Source of the DNA: Dehalococcoidia bacterium
Lineage (GTDB): Bacteria; Chloroflexota; Dehalococcoidia; Lucifugimonadales; JAGWBF01
Direction of reading: 5' to 3'
Length of the DNA stretch: 64,000 bases
Assembly: GCA_965248975.1 (NCBI GenBank)
Contig: CBDFKU010000013.1
Location: 8,723-72,722 of the forward strand
Shown here piece after piece: positions 1 to 9,313 of the stretch (position 1 is its first letter; each line of letters starts with the position of its first letter). Position numbers and translations under genes: made by a program. Under the pieces are notes generated by a model. That model worked only from the letters and a program-made list of their open reading frames with translations. It was not told the DNA's origin and made no database searches.

Positions 1-73
1 CAATGGCGAGGGGGATCAACAAAGCTAACAGTCCCACTACCAGGACAACTGGCAGGAGCCTCAACCGAGACAT
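1..73 (-). CDS. 5' end of a CDS that runs off the left edge; hydrophobic N-terminus (MSRLRLLPVVLVVGLLALLIPLAI...), signal-peptide or TM-like
   Basis: ATG at 73..71 on the minus strand, preceded by AAGGAGG. Only 24 codons are visible. Confidence 0.3.
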   Translation of the reverse strand, partial: MSRLRLLPVVLVVGLLALLIPLAI

Positions 74-326
74 GGCGCCTCCTTCACAAGACCGACTATA
101 GAAACCCCTCAATATCTCTTCGCCCCACGAACAACTATTACGAATACGACCCACAAACTGGTCACATAGTATAAGTGTTTTTTACACTGCTGGCAAGGCC
201 TATTTGTACTAGAAACTGGCAAATTTCAGAGGCATTGAGGCGTGGGCGCAAAGCGGTTATGATTCTTTCGGTAACCCGGTGCCGTCGACGCGGCGGACTA
301 CCCGGGTACTTACTAGATCCTTATGC

Positions 327-369
327 CCATTGGAATGTAGTGCCATTGGAATGTGTGCCATTGGAATGT
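327..369 (+). repeat. three tandem copies of CCATTGGAATGT (327-338, 343-354, 358-369) directly upstream of the SD GAAGGAGG (373-380) of the 387 gene
   Basis: Read directly: ...gCCCATTGGAATGTagtgCCATTGGAATGTgtgCCATTGGAATGTagtGAAGGAGGtgcctcGTG. Confidence 0.9.
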
Positions 370-386
370 AGTGAAGGAGGTGCCTC

Positions 387-1868
387 GTGAGCGGCCAGCA
401 CGATGTGGTGATCGTCGGCGCGGGCAACGCCGCCCTCTGTGCCGCCATCGCCGCCCGGGAGCGCGGAGCTCGGGTCCTGGTCCTGGAAAGGGCCCCAGAG
501 TACTTCCGTGGAGGCAACACCTATTTCACCGGCGGGGTCATACGATGCGCCTATAAGGGCCTGGAGGACATCAAGGCGCTGGTCCCCGATATGTCCCTGG
601 AAGAGGAGCGATCCGTAGACGTCGGCAGCTACACCGAGGATGACTTCTACGCGGACCTGATGCGGGTGACCTCGGGCCGCTCCGATCCCGAGCTGGCCCA
701 GATGCTGGTGAGCCGGTCCCATCCCACCCTGCTTTGGCTGAGGGGGAAGGGGGTCAGGTTCGTCCTCTCCTTCGGCAGGCAGGCCTTCAAGATAGGTGAC
801 AAGTACCGCTTCTGGGGCGGCCTGGTATTAGAGTCCGTGGGAGCGGGCAAGGGTCTGTCGGACCAGCAGTTCGAGGTGGCCGAGCGGATGGGAGTGGAGA
901 TACGCTACAGGGCCAAGGGGACCAGGCTGCTCCAGGACTCCAGAGGTAAAGTGTCCGGCGTCACGGTCCAAACTCCGGAAGGGTTCGAGGACGTTACCGG
1001 CGGGGCAGTTGTGCTGGCCTGCGGCGGGTTCGAGTCCAACGCCGAGATGAGGGCCCGCTACCTTGGGCCGGGTTGGGAGCTCGCCAAGGTGCGGGGCATA
1101 CCTTATAACACCGGCGACGGCATCCGCATGGCCCTGGACATCGGCGCCCAGCCCCACGGTCACTGGAGCGGCTGCCATGCCGTGGCCTGGGACCTGAACG
1201 CCCCGCCCTATGGCGACCGCACTGTCACCGAGCTATACCAGAAGCATTCCTATCCCTTCGGTATCATCGTCAACAACCATGGCGAACGGTTCGTCGACGA
1301 GGGCGCCGACTTCCGCAACTACACCTACGCGACCTACGGCCGCGAGATCCTGCTGCAACCCCAGGGGGTGGCGTTCCAGATCTTCGACGATAAAGTAAAG
1401 CACCTTCTCAGGGAGGAGTATCGCATCCCCCAGGTGACTATGGCCACCGCCAGGACCATAGAGAAACTGGCCGACGGGCTGGACATCGACAAAGAGGGAC
1501 TGGTCAGGACTGTGGGGGAGTTCAATGCGGCGGTTCAAGACGGTGAGCACAACCCGGCCGTCCTGGACGGGAAGGGCACGGTGGGCATTCATCCCCCCAA
1601 GTCCAACTGGGCACTGCCCATCGATACCCCGCCCTTCCTGGGATATGCGGTGACCTGTGGCATCACCTTTACGTTCGGAGGGTTGAAGATAAACGGCCGC
1701 GGCCAGGTGCTGGACTGTGAGGAGGTCCCCATTCCCGGCCTTTACGCCGCCGGGGAGCTGGTGGGAGGACTTTTCTACTACAACTACCCCGGCGGGTCTG
1801 GCCTGACGGCAGGGGCGGTCTTAGGGCAGGTGGCCGGGGAGAGCGCCGCCCGAGGCATCGAGGGGTAG
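387..1868 (+). CDS. FAD-dependent oxidoreductase, TcuA (tricarballylate dehydrogenase) / fumarate-reductase flavoprotein-like
   Basis: N-terminal dinucleotide-binding motif VVIVGAGNAALCAAIAARERGARVLVLE...RGGN. C-terminal GLYAAGE..GG motif typical of FAD_binding_2 flavoproteins. GTG start 6 nt after GAAGGAGG. Confidence 0.8.
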   Translation: MSGQHDVVIVGAGNAALCAAIAARERGARVLVLERAPEYFRGGNTYFTGGVIRCAYKGLEDIKALVPDMSLEEERSVDVGSYTEDDFYADLMRVTSGRSDPELAQMLVSRSHPTLLWLRGKGVRFVLSFGRQAFKIGDKYRFWGGLVLESVGAGKGLSDQQFEVAERMGVEIRYRAKGTRLLQDSRGKVSGVTVQTPEGFEDVTGGAVVLACGGFESNAEMRARYLGPGWELAKVRGIPYNTGDGIRMALDIGAQPHGHWSGCHAVAWDLNAPPYGDRTVTELYQKHSYPFGIIVNNHGERFVDEGADFRNYTYATYGREILLQPQGVAFQIFDDKVKHLLREEYRIPQVTMATARTIEKLADGLDIDKEGLVRTVGEFNAAVQDGEHNPAVLDGKGTVGIHPPKSNWALPIDTPPFLGYAVTCGITFTFGGLKINGRGQVLDCEEVPIPGLYAAGELVGGLFYYNYPGGSGLTAGAVLGQVAGESAARGIEG

Positions 1869-1932
1869 GCTCACGTTTGACAGTCCATAGTGCTGGTGAT
1901 ATATTTCACGTTGCCGCACTGGAGGAGTTGCG

Positions 1933-2733
1933 ATGCCGTTGGAAATAGTCGTGCTGGCCAAGCAGGTCATCGACCCTGAGATGCCCAGGTCGGCCTTCCA
2001 GATCGACAGGCAGGCCCGGCAGGCTGTGACTCCAGCCAATATTCCTCCTGTCGTCAATGGCTTCGACGAGAACGCACTGGAGGCGGCCCTGAGGATCAAA
2101 GACGCCCAGGGCGCCAGGATTACCGTCATATCCATGGGCGGCGCCTTTACCATGGACGTGATCAAGAAGACGCTGTCCATGGGCGCCGACGAGCTGATCC
2201 TGATCCAGGACGACGCCTTTGCGAACCTCGTGGATAGCTTCGTCACAGCCCGGGTGCTGGCCGCCGCCGTGGGCAAACTAGAGCACTGCGACCTCATTAT
2301 CTGCGGACGCCAGGCATCCGACTGGGACAATGCCCAGGTACCGCTGGGAGTAGCCGAGATGCTGGGCGTCTCTTGCGTTACCATAGGGAAAAAGGTGGAC
2401 GTGGGGGACGGCGTGGTTACTGTCGAGCGCATCGTTGCCGACGGCTACGAAGTAGTCGAGGCGCCACTTCCTGCCCTGGTCACGGTCAGCAACGAGCTTG
2501 GCCAGCCGCGCTATCCCAACCTCCGGGGCATCATGGCCGCCAGCCGAAGGAAGCCTGTAATGTGGACTGTAGAAGAGATCGGCATGGATCCCTCCGACCT
2601 TGAGCCGCGGCTCAACCTGGTGGACCTCTTCGTGCCGGTCAGCGAGAAGTCGTGTGAGCTCGTGGAGGGTGAGGACGACGCGGATGCGGGGAGGAAGCTG
2701 GCCTTGAGGTTAAGGGAAGCCAAGCTCATTTAG
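1933..2733 (+). CDS. etfB: electron transfer flavoprotein beta subunit
   Basis: Typical EtfB sequence (IVVLAKQVIDPE..., NGFDENALEAALRIKD, ICGRQASDWDNAQV). GGAGGAG SD upstream. Immediately followed by etfA. Confidence 0.9.
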   Translation: MPLEIVVLAKQVIDPEMPRSAFQIDRQARQAVTPANIPPVVNGFDENALEAALRIKDAQGARITVISMGGAFTMDVIKKTLSMGADELILIQDDAFANLVDSFVTARVLAAAVGKLEHCDLIICGRQASDWDNAQVPLGVAEMLGVSCVTIGKKVDVGDGVVTVERIVADGYEVVEAPLPALVTVSNELGQPRYPNLRGIMAASRRKPVMWTVEEIGMDPSDLEPRLNLVDLFVPVSEKSCELVEGEDDADAGRKLALRLREAKLI

Positions 2734-2801
2734 CGCCTACGTCCCGTAAGGGTTGTTCCGGCATCAGGTTTTGGATTGTCGTTACTGGGGAGGTCTTATC
2801 G

Positions 2802-3797
2802 GTGGAGGCGACGGGAGTTCTGGTAATCGGCGAGGTCCTGGAAGGCGAGCTAACACTCACCAGCAAGGAGCTTCTCGCCGCCGGCCGGCATATGGCCGAT
2901 TATCTTGGCCAGGAGTTGACCGTCGGATTGCTAGGCGAGGATCTGGACGGCCCGGCGAGGGAAGCGTTCAGCTTCGGCGCCGATAAGGCGTACGCGGCTT
3001 CCGATCCCCTTCTAAGGGACTTCCAGATGGACCTCCATCTGTCCGCCCTGGTTCAGCTGAGCCGTCAGGTATCTCCCAACGTGATCCTGCTGGGTCGCAC
3101 CGTCGCCGGCCGTGAGCTTGCCCCGAGGTTGGCCTTCCGGTTGGGAGCGGGCCTGGCCCAGGATTGCCTGGAAGTCAACATAGACCCCGAGTCCAAGCGG
3201 CTGCTGGCTAATCGCCCCGTTTTCGGCGGGAACGCCATGGCCACGGTGGCATGTGTCGGTACCCCGCAGATGGCCGCCATACGGCCTAAAGCCTATGATC
3301 CCCTGGAGCCCGACGAGTCCCGTAAAGGGGAGGTTGTCGCCGTCCAGGTAGAGCTCGATCCCGCGGTCGTCAGGTCCAAGGTGGTGGAGGTTGTGAAGGA
3401 GGAGTCCGAGGGCCTCAAGCTGGAGGACGCCAGGATCGTTGTGGCCGGCGGGCGAGGGCTGGGCGGGCCTGAGCCTTTCAAGGACCTGGAGGAGCTTGCG
3501 GCTGTGCTGGGCGCAGGCATCGGGGCCTCCCGAGCCGCAGTGGATTCCGGCTGGGTGCCGCCGGTCTGGCAGATAGGGCTCACCGGCAAGACGATCACCC
3601 CCGACCTTTATATCACTGTGGCCATCTCCGGCGCCAGCCAGCACATGGCCGGTTGCTCCGGGGCCAAGGTAATCGTCGCCATCAACAAGGATGCCGAGGC
3701 CAACATCTTCAAGGAATCCCGCTACGGGGTGGTGGGGGATTGGGAGAAGGTGCTGCCCGCCTTCACAGAGGCGCTGCGGGACCTGGTGAAGAGCTAG
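2802..3797 (+). CDS. etfA: electron transfer flavoprotein alpha subunit
   Basis: C-terminal FAD-binding signature ([10 protein letters not shown]..., [41 protein letters not shown]). GTG start after GGGGAGG. Confidence 0.9.
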   Translation: MEATGVLVIGEVLEGELTLTSKELLAAGRHMADYLGQELTVGLLGEDLDGPAREAFSFGADKAYAASDPLLRDFQMDLHLSALVQLSRQVSPNVILLGRTVAGRELAPRLAFRLGAGLAQDCLEVNIDPESKRLLANRPVFGGNAMATVACVGTPQMAAIRPKAYDPLEPDESRKGEVVAVQVELDPAVVRSKVVEVVKEESEGLKLEDARIVVAGGRGLGGPEPFKDLEELAAVLGAGIGASRAAVDSGWVPPVWQIGLTGKTITPDLYITVAISGASQHMAGCSGAKVIVAINKDAEANIFKESRYGVVGDWEKVLPAFTEALRDLVKS

Positions 3798-3862
3798 ACG
3801 CGGCCTCCGGCTTTCTGTACCTCTACTGGCTGACTTCCCATCTTACCGAAGGGAGATTTCCC

Positions 3863-4759
3863 ATGGACGTTGGATTCATTGGCACCGGGAACATGGGCAA
3901 CCCCATGGCCAGCAACCTTGTGAAGGCCGGCCACCGAGTGATCGTCCACGATCTACGGAGGGAGGCCGCCATCAACCTGCTGGAGATGGGCGCAAGCTGG
4001 GCTGACACCCCGAGGGAGATGGCCCGGGACAGCGAGGTAGTCTTCACCTCTCTGCCCATGCCCCGAGACGTGGATGCGGTGGTCCTCGGCGAGGACGGCG
4101 TCCTGGAGGGCGCTGCTCCCGGCTCCATCTACGTTGACCTGTCCACCAACTCTCCAACCGCCATTCGGGCCATTCACCGAACCTTTCAGGAGAAGGGCGT
4201 GTTGGTAGCCGACGCTCCGGTAAGCGGCGGGGAGTACGGCGCTGCCTCGGGTACCTTGGCTGTGATGGTAGGGGGAGACGAGGCTGTCTTTCGTCGCATA
4301 AAGCCGGCGCTGGACGCCATCGGGAGCCACGTGGTTCATTGCGGCCCCATCGGCAGCGGAATGGTCTGCAAGATCTGCAACAACATGATAAGCATGGGCT
4401 CAGGGGTGTTGCTGGCCGAGGCTTTCACCCTGGGCGTTAAGGCCGGAGTGGACCTGGCCGTGCTCAACGACGTCATCGCCAACAGCTCGGGAAGCTGTCG
4501 TCGGCTCACCGAGAGGTTCCCCCGACACCTGTTCAGGGGCGACTTCGAGCCCGGGTTCGCCCTGGGCCTGGCGGCCAAGGACGTGCGGCTGGCCACCGAC
4601 CTGGGCCGGGAGCTGGGCCTGCCCATGGAGCTTGCGAACCTGGTGGACCAGCAGCACGTGGAGGCCCTTGGGCGAGGATGGGCTACCCAGGACTCGGACT
4701 CCATAGCCAGACTCCAGGAGGAGAAGGCGGGCATCCAGCTTCGCCTCCCCGGAACCTAA
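3863..4759 (+). CDS. NAD(P)-dependent 3-hydroxyisobutyrate dehydrogenase-family oxidoreductase (MmsB/GarR-like)
   Basis: MDVGFIGTGNMGNPMASNL Rossmann start, DAPVSGG, MVCKICNNM motifs. The ATG at 3863 was chosen over the 3653 ORF start, which overlaps etfA. Confidence 0.85.
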   Translation: MDVGFIGTGNMGNPMASNLVKAGHRVIVHDLRREAAINLLEMGASWADTPREMARDSEVVFTSLPMPRDVDAVVLGEDGVLEGAAPGSIYVDLSTNSPTAIRAIHRTFQEKGVLVADAPVSGGEYGAASGTLAVMVGGDEAVFRRIKPALDAIGSHVVHCGPIGSGMVCKICNNMISMGSGVLLAEAFTLGVKAGVDLAVLNDVIANSSGSCRRLTERFPRHLFRGDFEPGFALGLAAKDVRLATDLGRELGLPMELANLVDQQHVEALGRGWATQDSDSIARLQEEKAGIQLRLPGT

Positions 4760-4786
4760 GATAGAAGCTAAGTAGCCACCGGATTC

Positions 4787-4828
4787 GGCGATGCGGCCTT
4801 GGAACCCAAGGCCGCATCGCCTTTTTTT
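4787..4828 (+). terminator. Rho-independent terminator
   Basis: Perfect stem GGCGATGCGGCCTTGG / CCAAGGCCGCATCGCC with a short loop, followed by TTTTTTT, 28 nt after the stop codon. Confidence 0.8.
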
Positions 4829-5157
4829 GGCCGACTCAGTCGTCTTGGCTCCCTTTGTAGAGTAATTCCCCTCGTCCGCCCCTTTCAAGATCCCATGCGT
4901 CACGCCCCGATACACCGCCGGTGAGTCGTACCTCACTCGTACCACCGGGGGATGATGGGTATCGGTAGGAAGGTCTACTACGGGTCAACCACCCGCGGTG
5001 AGCAGAATCGGTAGCCCGATGGATGTCGGCTGTCCGGGTGTGGGCGACAATTGACTATCGGAGTCATCTACTCCTACGGGGCTAGGAGAAGGACGGAAGG
5101 CTATGGTCAGCATCGCACACGCGCTCGGTTCCTCGCACTCTCAATCGCAGCGGGATC

Positions 5158-7140
5158 ATGTGGCTTGGTGCGGCGGCCGCGCTGGTTGCTATGGTCGCTC
5201 TCCTGACCGTCGCTGTGAGATTCAATCCGGTCTCTTCCCAGGACATCAGGGTGTTGGATTGGGTAGCCGGCTGGGACTTCCCGGGCTTGAGTGGGGCCTT
5301 AGGCGTACTTTCTTTCCTCACCAGCGCGAAGGCAGGCGCGGTGTACGGACCGGCCGCCGTAGCGGTGCTTCTGTACGTCAGGAAGGTCCGTGCGGCACTG
5401 GCCTTCGCTGCGGTCGGTTTAGTGGTAGCCGCCGTGGCCGTGCTGGGAGACTATACACTGGGCGAGGTCGTGGGACGACCAAGACCCCTGGAAGAGTCTG
5501 GAACCAGCTTCCCCAGCGGGCACGTCTTCGGCACGGTGGTCCTCTTCGGATTCGCTGGGTTTCTGGCCGTCCGTCACGGCCTCAGGAGGAGGTTCCTAGT
5601 TCCAGGGTCAGTCCTTATAGCCGGCCTGATCCTGGCCGTCGGCCCCGCCCGTGTCCACGAGCAGGCCCACTGGCCCAGCGACGTGGCAGCAGGATATCTG
5701 GTGGGAGGACTGTGGCTCCTCCTGATCATCGGCGCCTATCCATATATCCAAAAGTTGGAGCGAGTTGTGGCTCCGGGCCGAAGTAAAGGCCTGTCGTCGC
5801 TACCCGGTGAAGGACTCCGAGTAGAGAGGTCTATCGCCAGTGTGGTGTTGCTGGACCCCCGGCAAGGGACAGCGACCAAGACCTACAGGCCTCCGGCAGT
5901 GGTCCGGCTGATCTACTGGCTGGCCTTTCAGGCTCGGTTCCCTTACACAAACAATCCGTCGGCGCTGCAGGCGGCAGTCTACCGCCGTAAGATTGCTGGA
6001 ATGTTGACCCGACATCGGTTCGGGAAGGACCTTGTGGCCCCGGCCATTGGCGTCGAATACACAGGCGGTGAATATAGCTTCGTGACCGAGTTCGTCCAGG
6101 GCGAGCTGGCGCGGAACGACGAGCGACCTCAGCGCTTCTTGTCTCAGGTAGCGGAGCTGTTCGCTTCGGCAGGACTGTCCGTGTGGCAAATAAACCCCCG
6201 CAACCCCCACGCTCACACCAACCTGATAGATACTCCGGAAGGCGATTTCAAGATAATCGATCTCGAGTCGGCCATACCCACGCCCTTTCCGGCGCCGGGG
6301 AACTGGAGATCGGCACTGAAGAGGGGGAGCTATCCGGTGTTCGACGACATGGACTTTCCGAGGCTAAGGGGCTATGCCAGCGAGAACCGGGCGGCGCTGG
6401 AAGCCAGCCTTGGAGTCGACGGCCTCGCCGAGCTGGACGGAGCGGTGGACCGCTGCGAGCAACTGGTCAACGCGTGGAAGGAATCTGAGCCCCGGATTTG
6501 GGGGCGAATTTCCCGGCTGCTGTACCGGCTGATGGACTGGAAGGGATTCTTCCAGGGGATCGAAAGAAAGATGGAAGGGGCGGATCGTGCCGCCCTGGGA
6601 TTCCTCGACCGCGGGATAGACCGCTGGCAGGAGCAGGGCAGGCTTACCTCCGAGCAGGTGGCCGCACTTAGGAGCCGCCTGGCATCCAGCGAGGTCCGCG
6701 ATGCGATGCATCACCTCGGGGCCCACCTGGTACTGAGCGCCCTGCTCCGGTTTCCCTTCGGCAGTGTCGTTCGGCCGGCGTGGGTTGTAGCGTTCTGGGT
6801 CAGTGCCCGGGTCAAGGGCGTGGGCCATGGCTCCCCCGGCTCCCTCGGACCGGGTTACGACGTCCATACACCCCTGGTCATGGTGCTGTCGGTCGTTCCC
6901 GGCTTCGGAGGCGTCGCCTATATGGCGTCGCGGCCTCTGCGGAACAAGATGTTGGTACGTCTGGTGCTGGACCAGACAGCGTCGAAGCTACCCTTCGGCC
7001 TCTACCGGCGCATGCGGTTGGCGAGATTGATCGCGCCTGCAGGAGACGATACGAGGAAGCAAGGGGCCTACAGGCCCCCGTCCGCGGAGCCCGTATCGTG
7101 GGAACCGGCTCCCTGCTTCGCCGGCGACTGTGCCGACTGA
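5158..7140 (+). CDS. fusion protein: N-terminal membrane PAP2 phosphatase, central protein-kinase-like domain, C-terminal TM segments
   Basis: PAP2 motifs GRPRP, PSGH (SFPSGHVFG) and HEQAHWPSDVAAG. The central region has kinase-like landmarks: TATKTY, hinge FVTEFVQGE, HTNLI, KIIDLESA. Hydrophobic helices occur at both ends. Confidence 0.7.
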   Translation: MWLGAAAALVAMVALLTVAVRFNPVSSQDIRVLDWVAGWDFPGLSGALGVLSFLTSAKAGAVYGPAAVAVLLYVRKVRAALAFAAVGLVVAAVAVLGDYTLGEVVGRPRPLEESGTSFPSGHVFGTVVLFGFAGFLAVRHGLRRRFLVPGSVLIAGLILAVGPARVHEQAHWPSDVAAGYLVGGLWLLLIIGAYPYIQKLERVVAPGRSKGLSSLPGEGLRVERSIASVVLLDPRQGTATKTYRPPAVVRLIYWLAFQARFPYTNNPSALQAAVYRRKIAGMLTRHRFGKDLVAPAIGVEYTGGEYSFVTEFVQGELARNDERPQRFLSQVAELFASAGLSVWQINPRNPHAHTNLIDTPEGDFKIIDLESAIPTPFPAPGNWRSALKRGSYPVFDDMDFPRLRGYASENRAALEASLGVDGLAELDGAVDRCEQLVNAWKESEPRIWGRISRLLYRLMDWKGFFQGIERKMEGADRAALGFLDRGIDRWQEQGRLTSEQVAALRSRLASSEVRDAMHHLGAHLVLSALLRFPFGSVVRPAWVVAFWVSARVKGVGHGSPGSLGPGYDVHTPLVMVLSVVPGFGGVAYMASRPLRNKMLVRLVLDQTASKLPFGLYRRMRLARLIAPAGDDTRKQGAYRPPSAEPVSWEPAPCFAGDCAD

Positions 7141-7185
7141 CCTTCCTAACCGACGAAAGATGGAGCCGGGGAAACGGCCCGACTC

Positions 7186-8298
7186 CTATGGGAGGTCGTA
7201 GAGCCGGACGCAGTTATCCCACAGGACCTTGCGTTTAGTCTCGTCGCTCAGAGGTAGCTTGAGGAAGCCGTCCGTGGCCGTGGGATAGCCGCCGTCGGTG
7301 TGGGGATAGTCGGTGGAGAAGACCAGGGTGTGCTCGTAGCCGAACTCGGCTACGTTCTTGGCGGTTACCTCGTCCGGCTCTATGGAGATAAAGCACTGGC
7401 GCTTGAAGTATTCGCTGGGTGCCAGGGGCAGCGGCGTCGACACCCCGGCCTTGGTGGTCCATTCCTGCTGCTCGTCCATCCGCCACATTAGCCATGGCAG
7501 CCACGAGCAGTTGCCCTCGAGGAAGGCGATCCGCAAGTTGGGAAAGCGCTCGGGCACGCCCCCGCCTATGACGTCTATCACCGCCACCTGTGTGTTGATC
7601 GGATGACACGAGTGCCACATCCTGGTGGGCTCGAAGTAGCTGCCGATGTGGGGGAAGTCGGGGTCGACCGGCAGGCCTCCGGGATGGATTCCCACCGGGA
7701 TGTTCAGACGCTCACACTCCGCCCATAAGGGGTCATAGTAGAGATCCGACCAGTTACGGTTGTCCACCCTGTTGGAGCGCAGGAAGATAGACTTGAAGCC
7801 CTTCTCCACCATTCGCCGGGTCTCGTCGACGGCTCCCTCGATATCCTGGGGCGCCACCATCGCCGAGCCGTACATCCTCTGGGGATCTTCCTGGACGAAG
7901 TCGTACAGCCAGTCGTTGTAGGCCCGGCAGATGGCCGACGCCAGCTGGGGGTCCATGTTGTTGATGGACAGGGGCGTGAGCCCGCGGGTGGGGAATAGCA
8001 CGGAAACGTCTATACCTTCCACTTCCATGGCCTCGAGTTGAGAGACGGCGTCGAAGTCCCGTTCAAGGCCGACGGCGAACCTTTCCAACGTCCCCGTGCG
8101 GGTTGACGTCGAGGGATCCCGCACCGCCACGTCCTGCCGGGAGAGCATTCCCTCCACCTCGACTCCCAGGTCCATGGGCCCACGGTTTAGGCCCCGGATC
8201 CGGCCGTGGAAGGCCGGGTCCATGTACCGCTCCCACAGGTCGTGGGGCTCGCCCACATGCATGTCCGAGTCGAATACCTTGAAGCCGTTCCTGGCCAT
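7186..8298 (-). CDS. amidohydrolase-2 family metal-dependent hydrolase/decarboxylase (ACMSD-like)
   Basis: FDSDMHVGEP start, ...IFLRSN..., VFSTDYPHTDG C-terminal motif typical of PF04909-type amidohydrolases. Confidence 0.8.
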   Translation of the reverse strand: MARNGFKVFDSDMHVGEPHDLWERYMDPAFHGRIRGLNRGPMDLGVEVEGMLSRQDVAVRDPSTSTRTGTLERFAVGLERDFDAVSQLEAMEVEGIDVSVLFPTRGLTPLSINNMDPQLASAICRAYNDWLYDFVQEDPQRMYGSAMVAPQDIEGAVDETRRMVEKGFKSIFLRSNRVDNRNWSDLYYDPLWAECERLNIPVGIHPGGLPVDPDFPHIGSYFEPTRMWHSCHPINTQVAVIDVIGGGVPERFPNLRIAFLEGNCSWLPWLMWRMDEQQEWTTKAGVSTPLPLAPSEYFKRQCFISIEPDEVTAKNVAEFGYEHTLVFSTDYPHTDGGYPTATDGFLKLPLSDETKRKVLWDNCVRLYDLP

Positions 8299-8342
8299 GG
8301 CGCACCTTCCTCAACGAGTTCGTCGGGTAGTATTAGTGCCAG

Positions 8343-9161
8343 CTACAGGGGCCTCTCGAAGAAGTCCACCACCACCCGAGTGAACTCCTCCGGCACCTCC
8401 ATTGGAGCGAAGTCCCCCGCGCCCTTGAGAATGGCCGAGACCGCCGGGGTTCCTTCAGGGAGGAGAGCCGTGTGGGGCTCGACGTAGTCGATCATGGTGT
8501 CGTGCTCGCCGGAAAGTATCATCGTGGGAACCTTGATCAGGGGCAGGCGCTCGGTCATGTACTGGTCCTCTACCCACTTATGCACGCCCGAGGACGACCA
8601 CATGCTCTGAAGCGAAGCTATGGCGGCCCTGGTCAGCACGTCAAGGGTCGACAGCTTGGTGGCCGCCTTGATCTGGAACCGCCAGGCCTCCTGCAGGTGG
8701 CCGCCTTCCATGGTGGGCTCGTACATGGGATCGCCCCTGCCTCGCAGCTCCACCCGCCTCTCCTCGGGCCAGTCCGGTGACCCCATGATGATCAACCGGT
8801 CCACCCTCACGGGATCCAGGATGGCCATCTCTGCGGCGATGCTGGCGCCGGTGTGCAGCCCCAGGACGTTGGCGTTGACTATTCCCAGGGCGTCCATGAA
8901 GCGGAAGGTGCTCCTGGCGGCCTCGATGATGTCGAAATGCTTAGGGGGCGGGTCCGAGTCACCATGGCCGAAGATATCCAGGGCTATCGCACGGTACCGC
9001 TCGCCCAGCAGTGGAAGGGCGTCCAGGAAATAGAGAGAGGACCCGGTGGCGTTGTGCATCAGAATCAGGGGATGCCCGCTGCCGGCCTCGCGATAGTGAA
9101 TGGCACCCTCGGGAAGGTCGACGAAGCCACGTTTGACCGTCCGGGTGGACTGCTTGACCAT
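8343..9161 (-). CDS. alpha/beta-hydrolase-fold protein with a non-canonical active site (His at the nucleophile elbow)
   Basis: Fold landmarks PLILMHN, ALDIFGHGDSD, LGLHTGASIAAEMA, VPTMILSGEHD, GAGDFAPMEVPEEF. The ATG at 9161 is preceded by CAGGAGGGGAAC and is preferred over the 9215 ORF start. Confidence 0.75.
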   Translation of the reverse strand: MVKQSTRTVKRGFVDLPEGAIHYREAGSGHPLILMHNATGSSLYFLDALPLLGERYRAIALDIFGHGDSDPPPKHFDIIEAARSTFRFMDALGIVNANVLGLHTGASIAAEMAILDPVRVDRLIIMGSPDWPEERRVELRGRGDPMYEPTMEGGHLQEAWRFQIKAATKLSTLDVLTRAAIASLQSMWSSSGVHKWVEDQYMTERLPLIKVPTMILSGEHDTMIDYVEPHTALLPEGTPAVSAILKGAGDFAPMEVPEEFTRVVVDFFERPL

Positions 9162-9313
9162 GTTCCCCTCCTGATTGTGACTATCGAGCGAGACGAAACT
9201 CTGCGACCGCACCACCGGGAGACGGTCGATGACCGACGGGCGATCCGCTCACCGGACACATCGGTTCGACTCACCAGGAAAGAGCTCAGTTTGAGGGCGC
9301 TACGACGAATGCC

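Noticed and set aside
327-369. Tandem repeats at 327-369 and 46577-46616 as miniature CRISPR arrays
   Set aside because: The units are only 12 nt, with 2-4 nt between them. Only three copies are present, there are no spacers of unique sequence, and there are no cas genes.
3653-3862. N-terminal 70-aa extension of the HIBADH-family gene
   Set aside because: The extension overlaps the etfA coding region in another frame and is Gly/Arg-rich. The Rossmann motif begins right after the ATG at 3863.
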